Source: Ramazzottius varieornatus (Eukaryota > Animalia > Tardigrada). Taken from it: a DNA stretch of 64,000 nucleotides. Positions within the stretch are counted from its first letter, which is position 1, and every line of letters begins with the position of its first letter. Below the pieces are notes generated by a model. The model did no database searches. It saw only the letters and a program-made list of their open reading frames with translations, and was not told the DNA's origin. Of the stretch, positions 50,475 through 62,350 are shown piece by piece. Where the stretch lies: positions 124,001 through 188,000 of the forward strand of contig BDGG01000005.1 in NCBI GenBank assembly GCA_001949185.1. Reading direction: 5' to 3'. Both the position numbers and the translations under genes were made by a program.

Positions 50475-52459
50475 ATGACCAACAGCAGAATCAGCGTAAT
50501 CGAAATTGTGCTGTGTTCCGGTGCTGTCGTTAGCTTGCTGCTACTCAAATACTTCTTGCAACGAAGCGACCGGGCGGACGAAGAGCGGCCCAAGTTCCAT
50601 TCCAAGAAGCGAGATGACACCGAAAGAGATGGTCTTCCTTCGCCATTCCGTCAAGAACACATTTTTTCCTCTCGTAACGAAGAGTCTGACGGTGTCTTGC
50701 CAATCGTGAATAGTTTACCGTCCAGTTCGTGGGACACCGAGGACGTATCCTCGGCCGATGGGCATCCTTCCGGTCAGTTCTTTCCAGTGTTGGGCCTAGC
50801 TAACCTGGGTAACACCTGCTACGTAAACTCCCTTGTTCAAGCTTTAGCCTGTCTACCTCAGTTTGCGGAATGGCTGCTACATGCGAGGAAGTTGGTCTGT
50901 TCTCCAGCGCGGCGCCTCGGGATCCTCTACTCACCTTCGCTGATGGGTCAAGAAAGACCTCGATATGCGCAGAGGTTCACTCGCATACCTATTAGCAAGG
51001 AAGAAGCACGAAACCGTCGATTCTTCCATTCATTTTGCCAACTCGTTGACGGTGCGCCACTTCATCCGGTTACTCCGAATATCAACTTGCATAATAACAA
51101 GCACCGTAACACCTTTTCGGACTGTTTCATCTTTTTTGCAGTTCTTAACGGACGACTACGTGGCCGGACCCGTGATGCTTGCTATACCGCAACGGAACTC
51201 ATTTCGAGCGTGTTTGGAGGAAGCGAATTCAGCCATTATCAGCAAGTAGGTGCGCTACTAAAATGGAATTCCTTCCTCGAAATCTTTTCTCCTTCGAGTC
51301 TATCGTATCGTATGTCCGATTTCCTATGGATTTGTATACACCATAATATTCTTTCAATAGGATCCGGACGAGTTGTTTTTGTTCGTGATCCATCTGCTGA
51401 TTAAAGCGGCTTCTGGTCAATCACGCTCGATTCTGGACCTTCCTTTCACACAGAGGGAAACGTCGAAGACTGACGCGTTGCTGACGGAATACGGTCCCGA
51501 ATTCTTTCCGCTGATGAGTGGCGCGAGCAACGGATGGAACGTTCCGTTCCAAGGACTCTTTTACCAAGACCTACTGTGCGTTGTGTGTAAGAAGTCTCGA
51601 CCACAGCCTCTCGAAGTGTTTCACAGCTTGTCCCTTAGCTTTCCCTTCGCTGCTCATTATCCACATAACGTAAGAAATTCCTCCTTTTAGGCTTCTCTTT
51701 ACTTCCTGTATTTTCATGGCTCTATCGCTTATTTTAGGCGTTCCTGTTAGAAAACCTGGTGCAGTCGTTCTTCGTTCCTGCCGATCTCGATTCCGTGGAG
51801 TGTCCGCACTGTTCCGATGCTGCTTGTGGAGAGTCTATTCCGACTCCACACCTGAAACGAATTTCCATAGCGAAGGTTAGTTCATCATGTTTTCGACATC
51901 AGCATGACTGGGTGGGTGGTTTGGGATGGTCTTAGCGTAACTCAGTCCTGATGTTAATATGTCGTTATAGTTTCCGAAGATCTTATGCGTGCATATTCGT
52001 CGAGCAGTATGGAGCGATAGCGACAACTGGAAGCGGCCAGACCTCGTTTCGTTTCCGTCGACTTTGGTTCTTGGGCGTTATTCATGGCTAAAACACATAG
52101 GCGGAGATCGTGAACCGAAAAGTATGGAGTTTCCTTCGTGTCTCACCGAGCAAACGCCATTTCCCAGGTACACAAAGCTGATAACGGTGAGGCTGTAGTC
52201 GAGTTCTTCCGAAATTCAATACGAACTATTTTTCAGTGCCAAGTTAGCCGGATGCTATTCACTGAAATCTGTGATCGTCCATGTTGGACATTCGAGTGTC
52301 GGAGGACACATTGTCACGTACAGAAAAGGACCGGTGGGAAAGAAGAATGCTCATGAATGGTATCTGACGAGCGATGAATTCGTGAAGAGGCTATCTTCCT
52401 GGAGGGAAGTAGAGCTCGCGAATCCCTACATGTTGTTTTATGAATTGATAACCTCGTGA
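50475..52459 (+). CDS. USP30: Ubiquitin-specific protease 30-like (N-terminal TM anchor), multi-exon
   Basis: TM segment IVLCSGAVVSLLLLKYFL; Cys box GLANLGNTCYVNSLVQAL; QQDPDE; His box VIVHVG...GGHIVTYRK...WYLTSDE, with Ser in the third catalytic position as in USP30. Confidence 0.82.
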
Positions 52460-52847
52460 CGACAGTTCAAACTGTTTTGTGCTGTTTCTAATACCGCGTG
52501 GTACTGGTGTGGGCGTGCCCACCGGAGTGTTTTTCTTCGCTATTGTCTTTCAGTCATTGTGTGCCAAATCGGTTTACCCGGATTTCTCCTAGAATCGGAG
52601 ATTTGTTTCGTGAGAGCCTTTCGGAACGCCATTGTGGGCTGGTGAGAAGAGATTTGACCCTAGCTTCCTTGATCATGAAGTAAACGGGTTACATGACTCT
52701 TCATGAAATCCTTCTGAACTGTACAATTAGCAGCCGGTACCTTGCTTTGTAAAGGAAATTTGATTTGTCTGACGGAAATTCGGTCAATCTGCTACATTTG
52801 GCTCTTGGGTGCGCTAACGTTTGGTCCAGTTAAGAAGCTGCGGAAGA

Positions 52848-54179
52848 ATGAGGTCCGTCGTGCTTGCGCTCTTTGTGGTCCAGCTCGTCTGGTACGGTTC
52901 GAAGGCAAACGATTTAGAAAGTCTAGCTGAACAAACTTTTGGTAAGTGGATTAGTAACGGAACATTAGCCTCCCAAAAGGTTTCCATTCTTTGCGATCTC
53001 TTACTCTTTTCTCTTCTAGAGTTTCTCCTGAAGTACTGCGATGTGGGAACCAGGAAGTGCGGCCCCGTCCCACAGGATCTGCAGATCAAGAACTGGAGTT
53101 TCAAGCGCGGTGAACCGTCTTCCATTACTGCGGTGGGAAAGGATCACGAAGACTCTGTTTCGACGTTGGCAAAACGAAGTCAACCAATTGCCTTGGGGGA
53201 GACTTCGAAAGAGGATGTTCGGAATGATAACCCGGATGTAGCAGAAGACAAAGATGACGCCACCACGTCAGGTACTAATTTCACCTCGACAACTCCCACC
53301 AGCTTAGTGATTGAAGGTACGGTATGATAACTTGTGAGTCATGATGTTGGCCAAAAGCAGGACGGTGAGTAGCAGGAATCATCGACATTCATCAGTCAAT
53401 TTTTTTTCTGCTTGTGTAGATAACAGGATGAGACACGGCAGCACTCCAACACCGATTTCCTTACTGAACCGGAAGACCAAGACCAGAGACCTACCCCCTT
53501 CGCTCACAAACACTTCTCCAAGCGAACCACCGTACCCCACCTGCGTTTGCCATTGCGCTCCTTGCTCGCCAAACGAGGTTGTCCAAGATGGGTCCTCAAT
53601 CAAGAAGACAGGCACTGATACCGACACTCTCGAAACAGAACGCGGACCGCACAACCATGTTCCCTCAGCCTTCGATGAGTCCGCTGGAAACACGGCGAAG
53701 ACCAACACATCTTCACCCGAACAAAGTTGGCAACTCCAGGCTCCGCTAGTGTCCACCCGAAATCGCTATGGTGTCTCTGCGGAGCCTTTGTATGGATTAC
53801 GAAGCCCCGCCCAACCTGTGGGTCCGCCAAAATATTAATATTGCATTGTGGTTTTGGGACCTTGACATGAAGTACCAGAATATGTGTTGCATAGGGAGAA
53901 AACAGCGACCCGTTGAGCTCCTACTTGAGAAATACCGTTCAGAAGGCTTTGACTCCTTTGAGAAACTCCGGTAGGCCAAAACTTTCCCGTTTATTTGAGG
54001 CTTTTTGTCACTCTGTACACGGGCACGGTTATCTGACGCAAGGTTTTGTGCTTTTAGGTTTGATCGATCCTTACAGTCTCCGAGCTCCGGGCACTGGATG
54101 GACACAGGAAAGCCAGAACTCTTATCCATCTCAGCGGACCGCAAATGGTAACTGGCAGTATCTTAACGCCAATTACTAG
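52848..54179 (+). CDS. Hypothetical secreted protein, unrecognised family (~5 exons)
   Basis: Signal-peptide-like MRSVVLALFVVQLVWYGSKA. GT-AG introns join in frame through S/T/P-rich exons to ...GNWQYLNANY TAG at 54177-54179. Confidence 0.6.
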
Positions 54180-55098
54180 GATCAGGAACGATAGCGGAAA
54201 GTTGTCTCGAGTTTGTGTCCGGCGTCAAGATCTGATCTTCGCTCTCTCTTCACCACGAAGTTTTTTATAAGCGTTATTGTTAGATTTTTTGTCATCTTGA
54301 GAAAAGCATTGTAGCAGTTGGAGCTTTACTTTTGGTTGAAGGCTATTCGAAGATGCAGCTCGGTTTCAGCCAAACAACAACATTGTGAGAGCGAGTTCTT
54401 TACTGATGCGCATCTTCGACGGTCACGTATGTACTTTTCAGCTTATAAAGTTATGAAACATTACCAATCAGTAACCAATGTCACGGGCGAGATGTTTAGA
54501 AGCTAACAAGCTTAGGGCGTATATCATAGCTGCATGGTGGCTCTACGGAATGAGTCAGGAACCACGTCAGGCATATTTGCGCGACCAAAAATAGGCCCAC
54601 GCTAAGAAGTCACATATTGAGAGCTGCCTCAGCGATTTCCTACTTTACATAACGTGCTTGATTCGTACAACATGCAACATGTGGGATCGCGGGTGCCTCC
54701 CGCTCGATAGGCTAACAAGGAAGTTCCACCGTGGACCGTAGGAGAAGCTGAGAACGCGAAGCCTTCTCCCCGCTTGGGGAAGTTCACTAAGAACCTTGGT
54801 ACACAGCCAGTGATGTTTGGAGATGTCACACAGAATTCGTTCTTGGCTTCATCTTTATTTATAGCTTGTCGTGCAAGAACATGCTGACTTCTTTATCTTG
54901 CTCCCGTTCTTGCGGAAGAGTTTTGCGCACTGCCGGCTTCTTGACTCCGTGAGACACAGCCTTCGCGGTTGATTGATCTTACGTTCCGCAGTTCTTCCTG
55001 TTACCGAACAGGAAACTAATTATTTTTTGTTGTACTGATCTTGAACCACTTTGCCTGAGCAAAAGCTACCTTTGTTGTTTTCCGCCGGAAGTGTCGTC

Positions 55099-55725
55099 AT
55101 GTCGGAGCAAGAGAAGGCGGAAGACAAAGCCGATGCAGGAATCAAGCTTGACGCCCTTCTCACAAGACGTCGGAGCCAGGAGGGATTAAAGGGTCTTGCG
55201 AAGAACCGGGCAGCAATGTTCCAAAAAGTTGAGCAAGACCATCTGGCCAAGCAACTAGAAAACCCTTTCTCGGAAGTTGGAGGATCTAAAGTTGCCGGAT
55301 CGGCCCTGAAGAAAATTGACAAGAATGATCCGAACTATGGGAAACCATTGAAAGGAAGTATAACAGAGCAGAGAGGAAATGCCGCCAATAGTCATATCCA
55401 GAAGGAGATTGCACAGCTTTGTCAGATTATCTACGATCTCGCCTTGGAGGACCCAAACGTACCTGGGTAAGTAGTATGGTAATTCCTGCAAGATGTGAAG
55501 GCTTCAATTTAGGTTATAGCATTCCGTTTTAGGCCGGATTGTTGGGTAAAATTTGGACCTTTGTTTGAGCACTACAACCGGGTATCCGACAAACTGGTGG
55601 GAATCCTGCTTCGTGCCCGCAAATACGGCCATGTAGAGTTTCCTGGTGAAATTCTCTATCAGAGGAGGGACGACGACGTGAAAATCTTTCTCACGCCATC
55701 CGGAATGAAAATAAGGAAATACTGA
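55099..55725 (+). CDS. ABRA: Actin-binding Rho-activating protein (STARS/Costars domain), 2 exons
   Basis: QLENPFS, YGKPLKGSITEQRG, and a second exon VKFGPLFEHYNRVSDKLVGILLRARKYGHVEFPGEILYQRRDDDV. Confidence 0.9.
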
Positions 55726-56669
55726 TGTTTGAGATATCTTAATCGCTCGATAAGCTGCACATACCGATGCTTCATGCTGCCTTTCGTGGGTTCCCGTTCT
55801 ATGGAAATCTCAGTGTTTGGATGCGGACTTCCGGGTCGTGACCTGGAAAGCTTTCGGCCTCATTTGATTGGAACTCAGAAGCCTAAATCTTGAAAAATCT
55901 GAGCGCTCAGAAGTCTGGAAAATACTTTGTTGCTCGAACCTCTGTATCTCGGTGATGGAAATTTGGTTCCTAGTCTTAATGTCAGAATGCATGCAATAAA
56001 CAACCAGCATCGTTTGGACATAGTAACTGTTATGTGTCACACGGTCTCGTCAAAGCTCTTAACTTGATAAGTCTTTTCTCGGCACACTCATCCTGTTCAT
56101 CACTTAAGCACGAACAGTAAACTTATCATTCTGGACTACGCGATTAGCGGAAGGTGTTCGAGTTTCAACAGCCGAAGGTACAGAAAAACCACCCGGTTTC
56201 GGCCGTCTGGTTCCGTAACTGTCGTCTGAGCTTTCCGGTCCTATCACGCAGTACATACAGTAACGTCATACGACATCACACACACATTACTCTTCAGTTG
56301 CCTCATCCGGCACCAAAATGACGTGTGCCTTTCAGCCGCCGATCTTCCCGCTTTCGTCGTTCCCATTCATTCGGAAATAGATCAGTCTTTTGAGTCTCAT
56401 CTTCTCCTGAAGAAGTGAGGGTTTTGTCTGTTTCAGAGACTTTCTTACTACATCGCCATCAGGAGGAACGCCGGGAGAAATCTGTCTTCGAAGCTCTGTT
56501 GGATTTTTGACTGGGATCCTGTCACTTCAAACTGGAAACGTCAACATGGACAGTCTGTGCTTAATCCTCTCCTCTGTCACAAGGAATGCCAAACTGTCGT
56601 GACAGCTCAACCGGTGGCAGCTCAACTGGTGGCAGCTGATTCTGAAGTGTTTCCCACAATTTAGAGGCT

Positions 56670-58854
56670 ATGGAGGTTGATGCCAGCGACGGTGTGATGG
56701 GCAATACGATGACCACTACCCGCTGCGATACCAATTCATGCGAGGAACTGGAGAATGATGGAGACTCTAGCAGATTTTCTGGAGTGACGGATGGCTCGAC
56801 CATCTCGACAGGTAAGAGCAATCAAACTTGAATATTCGGTTTACGCACTTCCGAGGGCAGGTTTTTATGTGATTTCGCTTCTTGGTTGATCCAGCCGATT
56901 ATGTGTCCATCCCGAGCCTGGAAAAGCGCCTGACGTCCGAACAAATGTACGATGGACTCCTCGGTCTAGACAAACCTATGTCGTCCGTGACTTCAGACTT
57001 GTTGTTCACAACCGCGCAAGACGGTAAACCCGTTTTGGAGCAAGAGCAATCGGAATCTGAACTGTCCGACGAGATCATCCCTTTCGTTAAACCTGCTCCC
57101 AGAAAGTCTACGTAAGCTCCGACGCTTTTCACTTGTGAGATCATATTTCGAACATCTCTTCTAGTATTTGTCCGACCGAACCACCTGTCAGATTGGCTTG
57201 TGCTGTGCATACTGTTCACAAGAATGATATTATTGGGAACTCGGCAGACAAAGTTAACAAGCTCGACAATATTTATCTTCCAGGTGGTGCACCCTTCCAA
57301 CCAATAACATCGGAAACGTGCGCCACTTCGGAAAAAACAGTCTTGTCGAGTTTGGTGGCCGAGGTTCCAGACGTTGATGTCAAAACTTCGTCCTTGCAGC
57401 CTAACTATTTGATTTTAATTTGCTAGATATCACAGAGCGCTGAACGTTCACGTCATCGATCCGGACTTGAGCAAGGGACAAGAACTGTATCCGATCAGAG
57501 TCTGGAATGCACAGGACAAAGAGTCGATTGCGGCGTTCGAATACATCAAGAACACGGAACATTTCACCAACTACCAGAAGACCGCTGTGGCAAGTTAAAC
57601 CCTCGAGCATGTCGATTCCGTCACCAGCTGTCGCACTCAAGTCTTTCTCATCTAGATCTGCGACTGCGAAGATGGCTGCGAGGGTAGTAGTTGCAAGTGT
57701 CTGGGAGAGCCGTACGAGGAGAATCATTCGGAACCAGCTTACAATGAGGTGTGCTGAAAGCGTTGACTCTTATCAAATCAAAATAAGTCACTGTTTTTTA
57801 TTTTCACTAATTTCAGGATGGAAGGCTCAAGGACGTTCCCGACTCTTGGGTGGAGAAGCATCGCGTTCTCTACGAGTGTAGTGAGTTTTGCAAATGTGGT
57901 CCTCAGTGTCTGACCAGATCTGCGCAACTCGGTTTACGGTAAGGAATGGTTCGTTATTAAGGCTTCGTTCTACCTCTGTATGGTCGCGCAGTTTCCTGTC
58001 TGCGATTATGGTATGACTGGCTGTGGAATTTTCTTATTACAGGACCCAACTGGAAGTCTTCAAGACCTCACGAAAGGGGTGGGGAGTCCGCTCATTACGG
58101 AACGTCCAGAAGGGGTCCTTCATAGTCGAGTAGGCTACTACTGTATACCTTACGCTCTGTGTCTTTCATACTTTATGAAATGTGATCAAATGAGGGTTCT
58201 ATGTCTGTGTTACAGATATGCTGGAGTTATGACTGAATCCAAGGATTATGCAGTCTTCGCGGAAAGTGACTGGTACTCCTTCGATATCACCTCGGTAACC
58301 TTGAATACTCACTCTCAACATTCGTTTTATACTTGCGTCACTTTCTCGTCACTTGTCGATAGGTTTGCCTCACCGCGTTATCGAATATTTCAGGAAGATG
58401 GACCAACCAATTTCTTTATTGATGCTAGCAAGAAGGGAAACGTCGCGAGGTAAGACAAACTTTTTCCTGCCATAATTTCATTCTGATAACGAGGTACCCT
58501 AGTCGGACTCAAAATGGTTTTTCCAGGTTTATCAACCACGGTTGCGATCCAAATTTACTGGCAGTTCACGTCTTCTACGATGACAACAACCCCGTAATGG
58601 GCATGCACATCTGTCTGTACGCCACTCGAGACATCAAAGAAAAGGAGGAACTCACGTACGCAATATTTGCTAAAGCGTTATCTTATCGAAATGTCGACGG
58701 ATCTTTTTCATGTCCCTCTAGGTTTGACTACGGTTCCGAATACTGGCTTGCCAAGATGAATAAAGGAATAGGATGTGAGTGTGGGCATAAGAAGTGCATG
58801 TACCGACTAGCCAAGTCCAAGAAGGAAAAGAGGAAGAAGCGGCGTTATCAGTAG
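56670..58854 (+). CDS. Pre-SET/SET/post-SET histone lysine methyltransferase (G9a/SUV39/SETMAR-like), multi-exon
   Basis: DLSKGQELYPI; pre-SET CDCEDGC...CKC...FYECSEFCKC; KGWGVRS; GSFIVEYAG; IDASKKGNVARFINHGCDPN; ELTFDYG; post-SET CECGHKKC. The 5' end is uncertain. Confidence 0.85.
57234..57369. mobile_element. Family A copy (SET gene intron)
   Basis: TGGGAACTCGGC..CTCGACAA...GGTGGTGCAC..CAACCAATAACA..GTGCGCCAC...TTGTCGAG..GCCGAGGTTCCA. Confidence 0.8.
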
Positions 58855-59341
58855 CCAACTGTTCCAACCGTTCAAGATATCCGTCTCACTCTTTGCATTG
58901 CTCAGTTTATATAAACAAATTTCCTTGTCTTAGTTTGACACTTTGGCCTTCGTTGCTCAAGCCACGTTCGTAATCATCGTATTTATTTTGTATTACATTC
59001 TGGTGGCAGTATTGTACCTACGTACCATTCTCCACCACTGTGGACCAGTAAGGTTCTTACAAAACCGTGACATTTATTTTCGAGTTGTTGAGTTTTACAT
59101 TTTTTAGAATCTGCTTTTGCCGTGTTCAAAATGCTGGAACATCAGTTAGCCGTAAAAGACGGTTGCGAATTCCGAAAGAAGAAATCGCTGTTACGTTTAT
59201 CGATAAAATTCTTCTTTCATTATATGTACAGTACACTGAACGAATTTGCCGAAAAGTACAGCAACTGTATGAAAAGGCTGAAAACATCAATCCCGATTTT
59301 TGAATCGTAACCTGGTCCTGTAATACTCGTGTGCTTTATCA

Positions 59342-59795
59342 CTAAAACTTCAACCCCATTTTCCTCAAATCTTCCTTGGCTGCCTCAATCTCCTGCAACG
59401 AGTTTTTTACGTTAACTGTACACATGGGCCGCTGGGCAGTATAGTAAACATGCACAAGGCTACATCGGCTTCACAAGGTGCCTACATGCTGCAGCTCTTC
59501 GGCGGCTTCCGGACAATCACGGAACGTGGCTACTCTGTAACAGATTATCCCAAGGGAGATCAGTCCGAACGAGATCACAGCATAGAGTGGCACCTACAAC
59601 CAATTAACCGTTAGTCTTCAGATGCACAGCGTCGCGAAGGTCTTTGTTAGCCTAGAGCCGCAGACGACGACTTACGTAAAGGACGAGGTGCTTCTCAAAC
59701 GCATCGAGATCCAATGAGCTGAGGTTCAGGAGCATGCCACTCCAAATAGCGACAGCGACCACGCCACCGATCGCCCATTCTACCGCTTTGATCAT
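59342..59795 (-). CDS. DPM3: Dolichol-phosphate mannosyltransferase subunit 3, 3 exons (absent from the ORF track)
   Basis: Spliced MIKAVEWAIGGVVAVAIWSGMLLNLSSLDLDAFEKHLVLY|VPLYAVISFGLISLGIICYRVATFRDCPEAAEELQH|EIEAAKEDLRKMGLKF*. The YRVATFxDCxxAxxEL..EI..A..DL motif is diagnostic. Confidence 0.92.
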
Positions 59796-60283
59796 CTCGA
59801 TTTCGACTCGTCTGAGTAGAACAAATCTATCTACAGCTGCGAAGGATTAGCTGGTCAATGTGCACGGAAGAATTGTTAAAACAAAGTACTGGTAACGTCT
59901 TGCCAACCGGAAGTGAGTTCCGTCCTGTCAAACCAATAGCCCTGATCCTGTGACAGAGACTGCTGAGAACAATCAAGGGCTGCTGCGGTCCTATCAATCA
60001 ACGGAAGAAGTATCACAGAGCTTGAACCGAATTAGCCGACAGGTGGAGACGTTCTGCCAGAGTGAGTGGTATCACTCTGGTTCTGCCAAGAGCAAATCTC
60101 GTGATTCTCGTCTCCAGCCAACTTTATTAGTTGTGAGCATATTACTATGCCCGATATTGATCCATGACAGGTAGGAGCAGGATCGATTGATTCTCCTGTA
60201 GTTTTACTCTCGAAAATTGCAAAATCCGCAAGCATTTCGACATAAAACCATTCTTCGCCAAAAAGTGTGTTCGCTGCCAGGAA
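59796..60283. promoter_or_regulatory. Putative bidirectional promoter DPM3/B9D1
   Basis: Head-to-head genes ~490 bp apart; ACCGGAAGTG at 59906-59915. Confidence 0.5.
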
Positions 60284-61757
60284 ATGTCCGTATTCCTGCT
60301 TGCGATAAAAGGTCAAATTGAGTTCGCCGCGGTAAGACGTAGTACTTCGCGACGTTTTCTCGTTTCCTGGCAGCTTTTGATACATGGTCGTTAAAGCATG
60401 TAGAGGAAGGAGCACCAGGTCACATTAAACGTTATTTGTTTGATTTTTCAGGTCCCGGATTGCCTCGATTTATTCATCAAATATCAGATCGCATACGGAG
60501 ATGACTGGGTCGTCACTACTGTAAGAGGTTTCGTTTCGCAACGATGCTAGCATAGCCAGTTTTCTATAATATGACAGAAGCAAATCTTCGTTATTACTCG
60601 ATCCGCAGGGAATCGAAGAAGGCATCACTCAGATTTGCCAACGCTCAGACTACAGGCACGATTTTGTCTTCAACTTCCCACTGGATGTCACTCTGAAAAG
60701 CACAAGCCCACATGGCTGTAAGTCCACACTCAATCGAGTCGGAGGCATTTCCGTTTTTCGTGTCTCCTGATGACAGATTCAAATGCGTAGGGCCACAGAT
60801 CGTGGTTTCTGCTTATGGAAAGGACTGGTGGGGCCACGAAGTACTCCGCGGGTACGGTGTCGCCCGGATGCCGATATGCATAGGGAGGTAGGTTTTACTG
60901 TGGAGAGGACCATAAACTGCGAGAACGGTCATCGAAATTGAGTTAACAGTACCCAATTACCCATAGCACACAAAAATCTGGCTATGAAGCTCTACAACGA
61001 AGGCTTGTGGTTACAGTAACCAGAAGAAAACCATTGGACTCTTTACTTTGGAACCCTCCAACATGTCAACTCGCCTAAGCGGTTGGCTCTCGGGACGATC
61101 GCCGGAACTCTACGATCCGAGGCTTCTGACAAGAAACAAAGGCAGAGAAGGTAAACAGAAGACCAGATAAGGCTCGGCGAAGCGAAAATACCGGTAAGAA
61201 TTGTCACCGTTTTTTGCCGGGGCGAAAATTAGTTTTGATCAATCAATCAGGCGAACACGTAATGCTTTTTTACCGTGGCGAAAGACGGGAAAAATTCTTG
61301 TTTCGCTTCGCTGAGCCTTCCCTATCATCTCTGTGAGACATCGGAAGAATCATTCAACGTATCAAGTATAAAAACTGTGCATTGGATCGTAGTACTCAAA
61401 ACGAAGTCAAAAGGATGTGTCCACGTAAGACTGCACGTAGTGACCAAAGACGTACGCGTTCTTGGATACACACTAGGTCGTTCGGAGATCGAGCAGATGA
61501 CCAGTGCGATCCCGTCATTTCAACGCGAAAGACCGTGGATTTTCAGTGGAGATGAAGCAGCTTCACGGATGGTACCTGGGTTCCGAAAAGACGAAGGTGG
61601 TACGAATCGGAACTTGTCCAGCGGGCAGGGACTAAATGAAATCACTCCAGTCAATCCAGAAGACGACAGACCAGGAACCCGAGAAGTTGTCGTCCCGCGA
61701 CCTAGGAGAAGAACGCGGAAGAATAACGACGATGAACCGACAACTTCCACATCGTAG
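60284..61757 (+). CDS. B9D1: B9 domain-containing protein 1 (ciliary transition zone), multi-exon
   Basis: [63 protein letters not shown] and PELYDPR motifs. Confidence 0.88.
61169..61319. mobile_element. Intronic inverted-repeat element (B9D1 last intron)
   Basis: AAGGCTCGGCGAAGCGAAA versus TTTCGCTTCGCTGAGCCTT (18/19), with inner arms AAGAATT..CCGT/ACGG..AATTCTT. Confidence 0.75.
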
Positions 61758-61882
61758 CAGGCTGATTGCCCATAATCTAACGATTGTTCACATATTTGTC
61801 TTCTTTCCTTCTATCAACACTAGCCACACGTTCTCGAATATACTCGCAACAAATAACGATTGACTTACCAGGTATCTTCTTG

Positions 61883-62350
61883 TCACCGTAGCTCAATCAC
61901 GATGTGAAAAGAACAGGAAGAGCACGGGACAGAAATTTCCTTCGTGTTGCTCTTGGTGATGTGTTCCATCGTAATGTAAAAGCCGTCTCCACACCGACAT
62001 GGATATTTCAGCTCTGCGGTGTCGTCTTCGTTGTATTCCAAATCATCCACACCAACACGAGCGGCTACAGGAGAATACTTGTTTTGAGATTTAATTTCAG
62101 CGTCGTAGACAAGGCGACTCCCGCTGTCCGAAAGAGTCTCGTATGCTCGCTGTAGGATAATAAAATCATGCGGATCCATCCCCTTCGAGCTGCGCAAGCT
62201 TCCGTCCCTATTCCGGTTGTCCAATGGCGCATGAGCCATCTTGTCAGGGTGATACTGTTTCGCTAGTCGCAGGAAGCTGGCCCGTATTTCCTCCTGAGTA
62301 GCTGTACTGGGAACTTGCAAAACATCGTAAAGGTTTAACCCGGTCATCAT
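61883..62350 (-). CDS. DNAJC24: DnaJ/CSL zinc-finger protein (diphthamide biosynthesis, DPH4), intronless
   Basis: J domain NLYDVLQV...YHPDK...AYETLSD...YD, plus YPCRCGDGF...VPCSSCS. Confidence 0.92.
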   Translation of the reverse strand: MMTGLNLYDVLQVPSTATQEEIRASFLRLAKQYHPDKMAHAPLDNRNRDGSLRSSKGMDPHDFIILQRAYETLSDSGSRLVYDAEIKSQNKYSPVAARVGVDDLEYNEDDTAELKYPCRCGDGFYITMEHITKSNTKEISVPCSSCSFHIVIELR

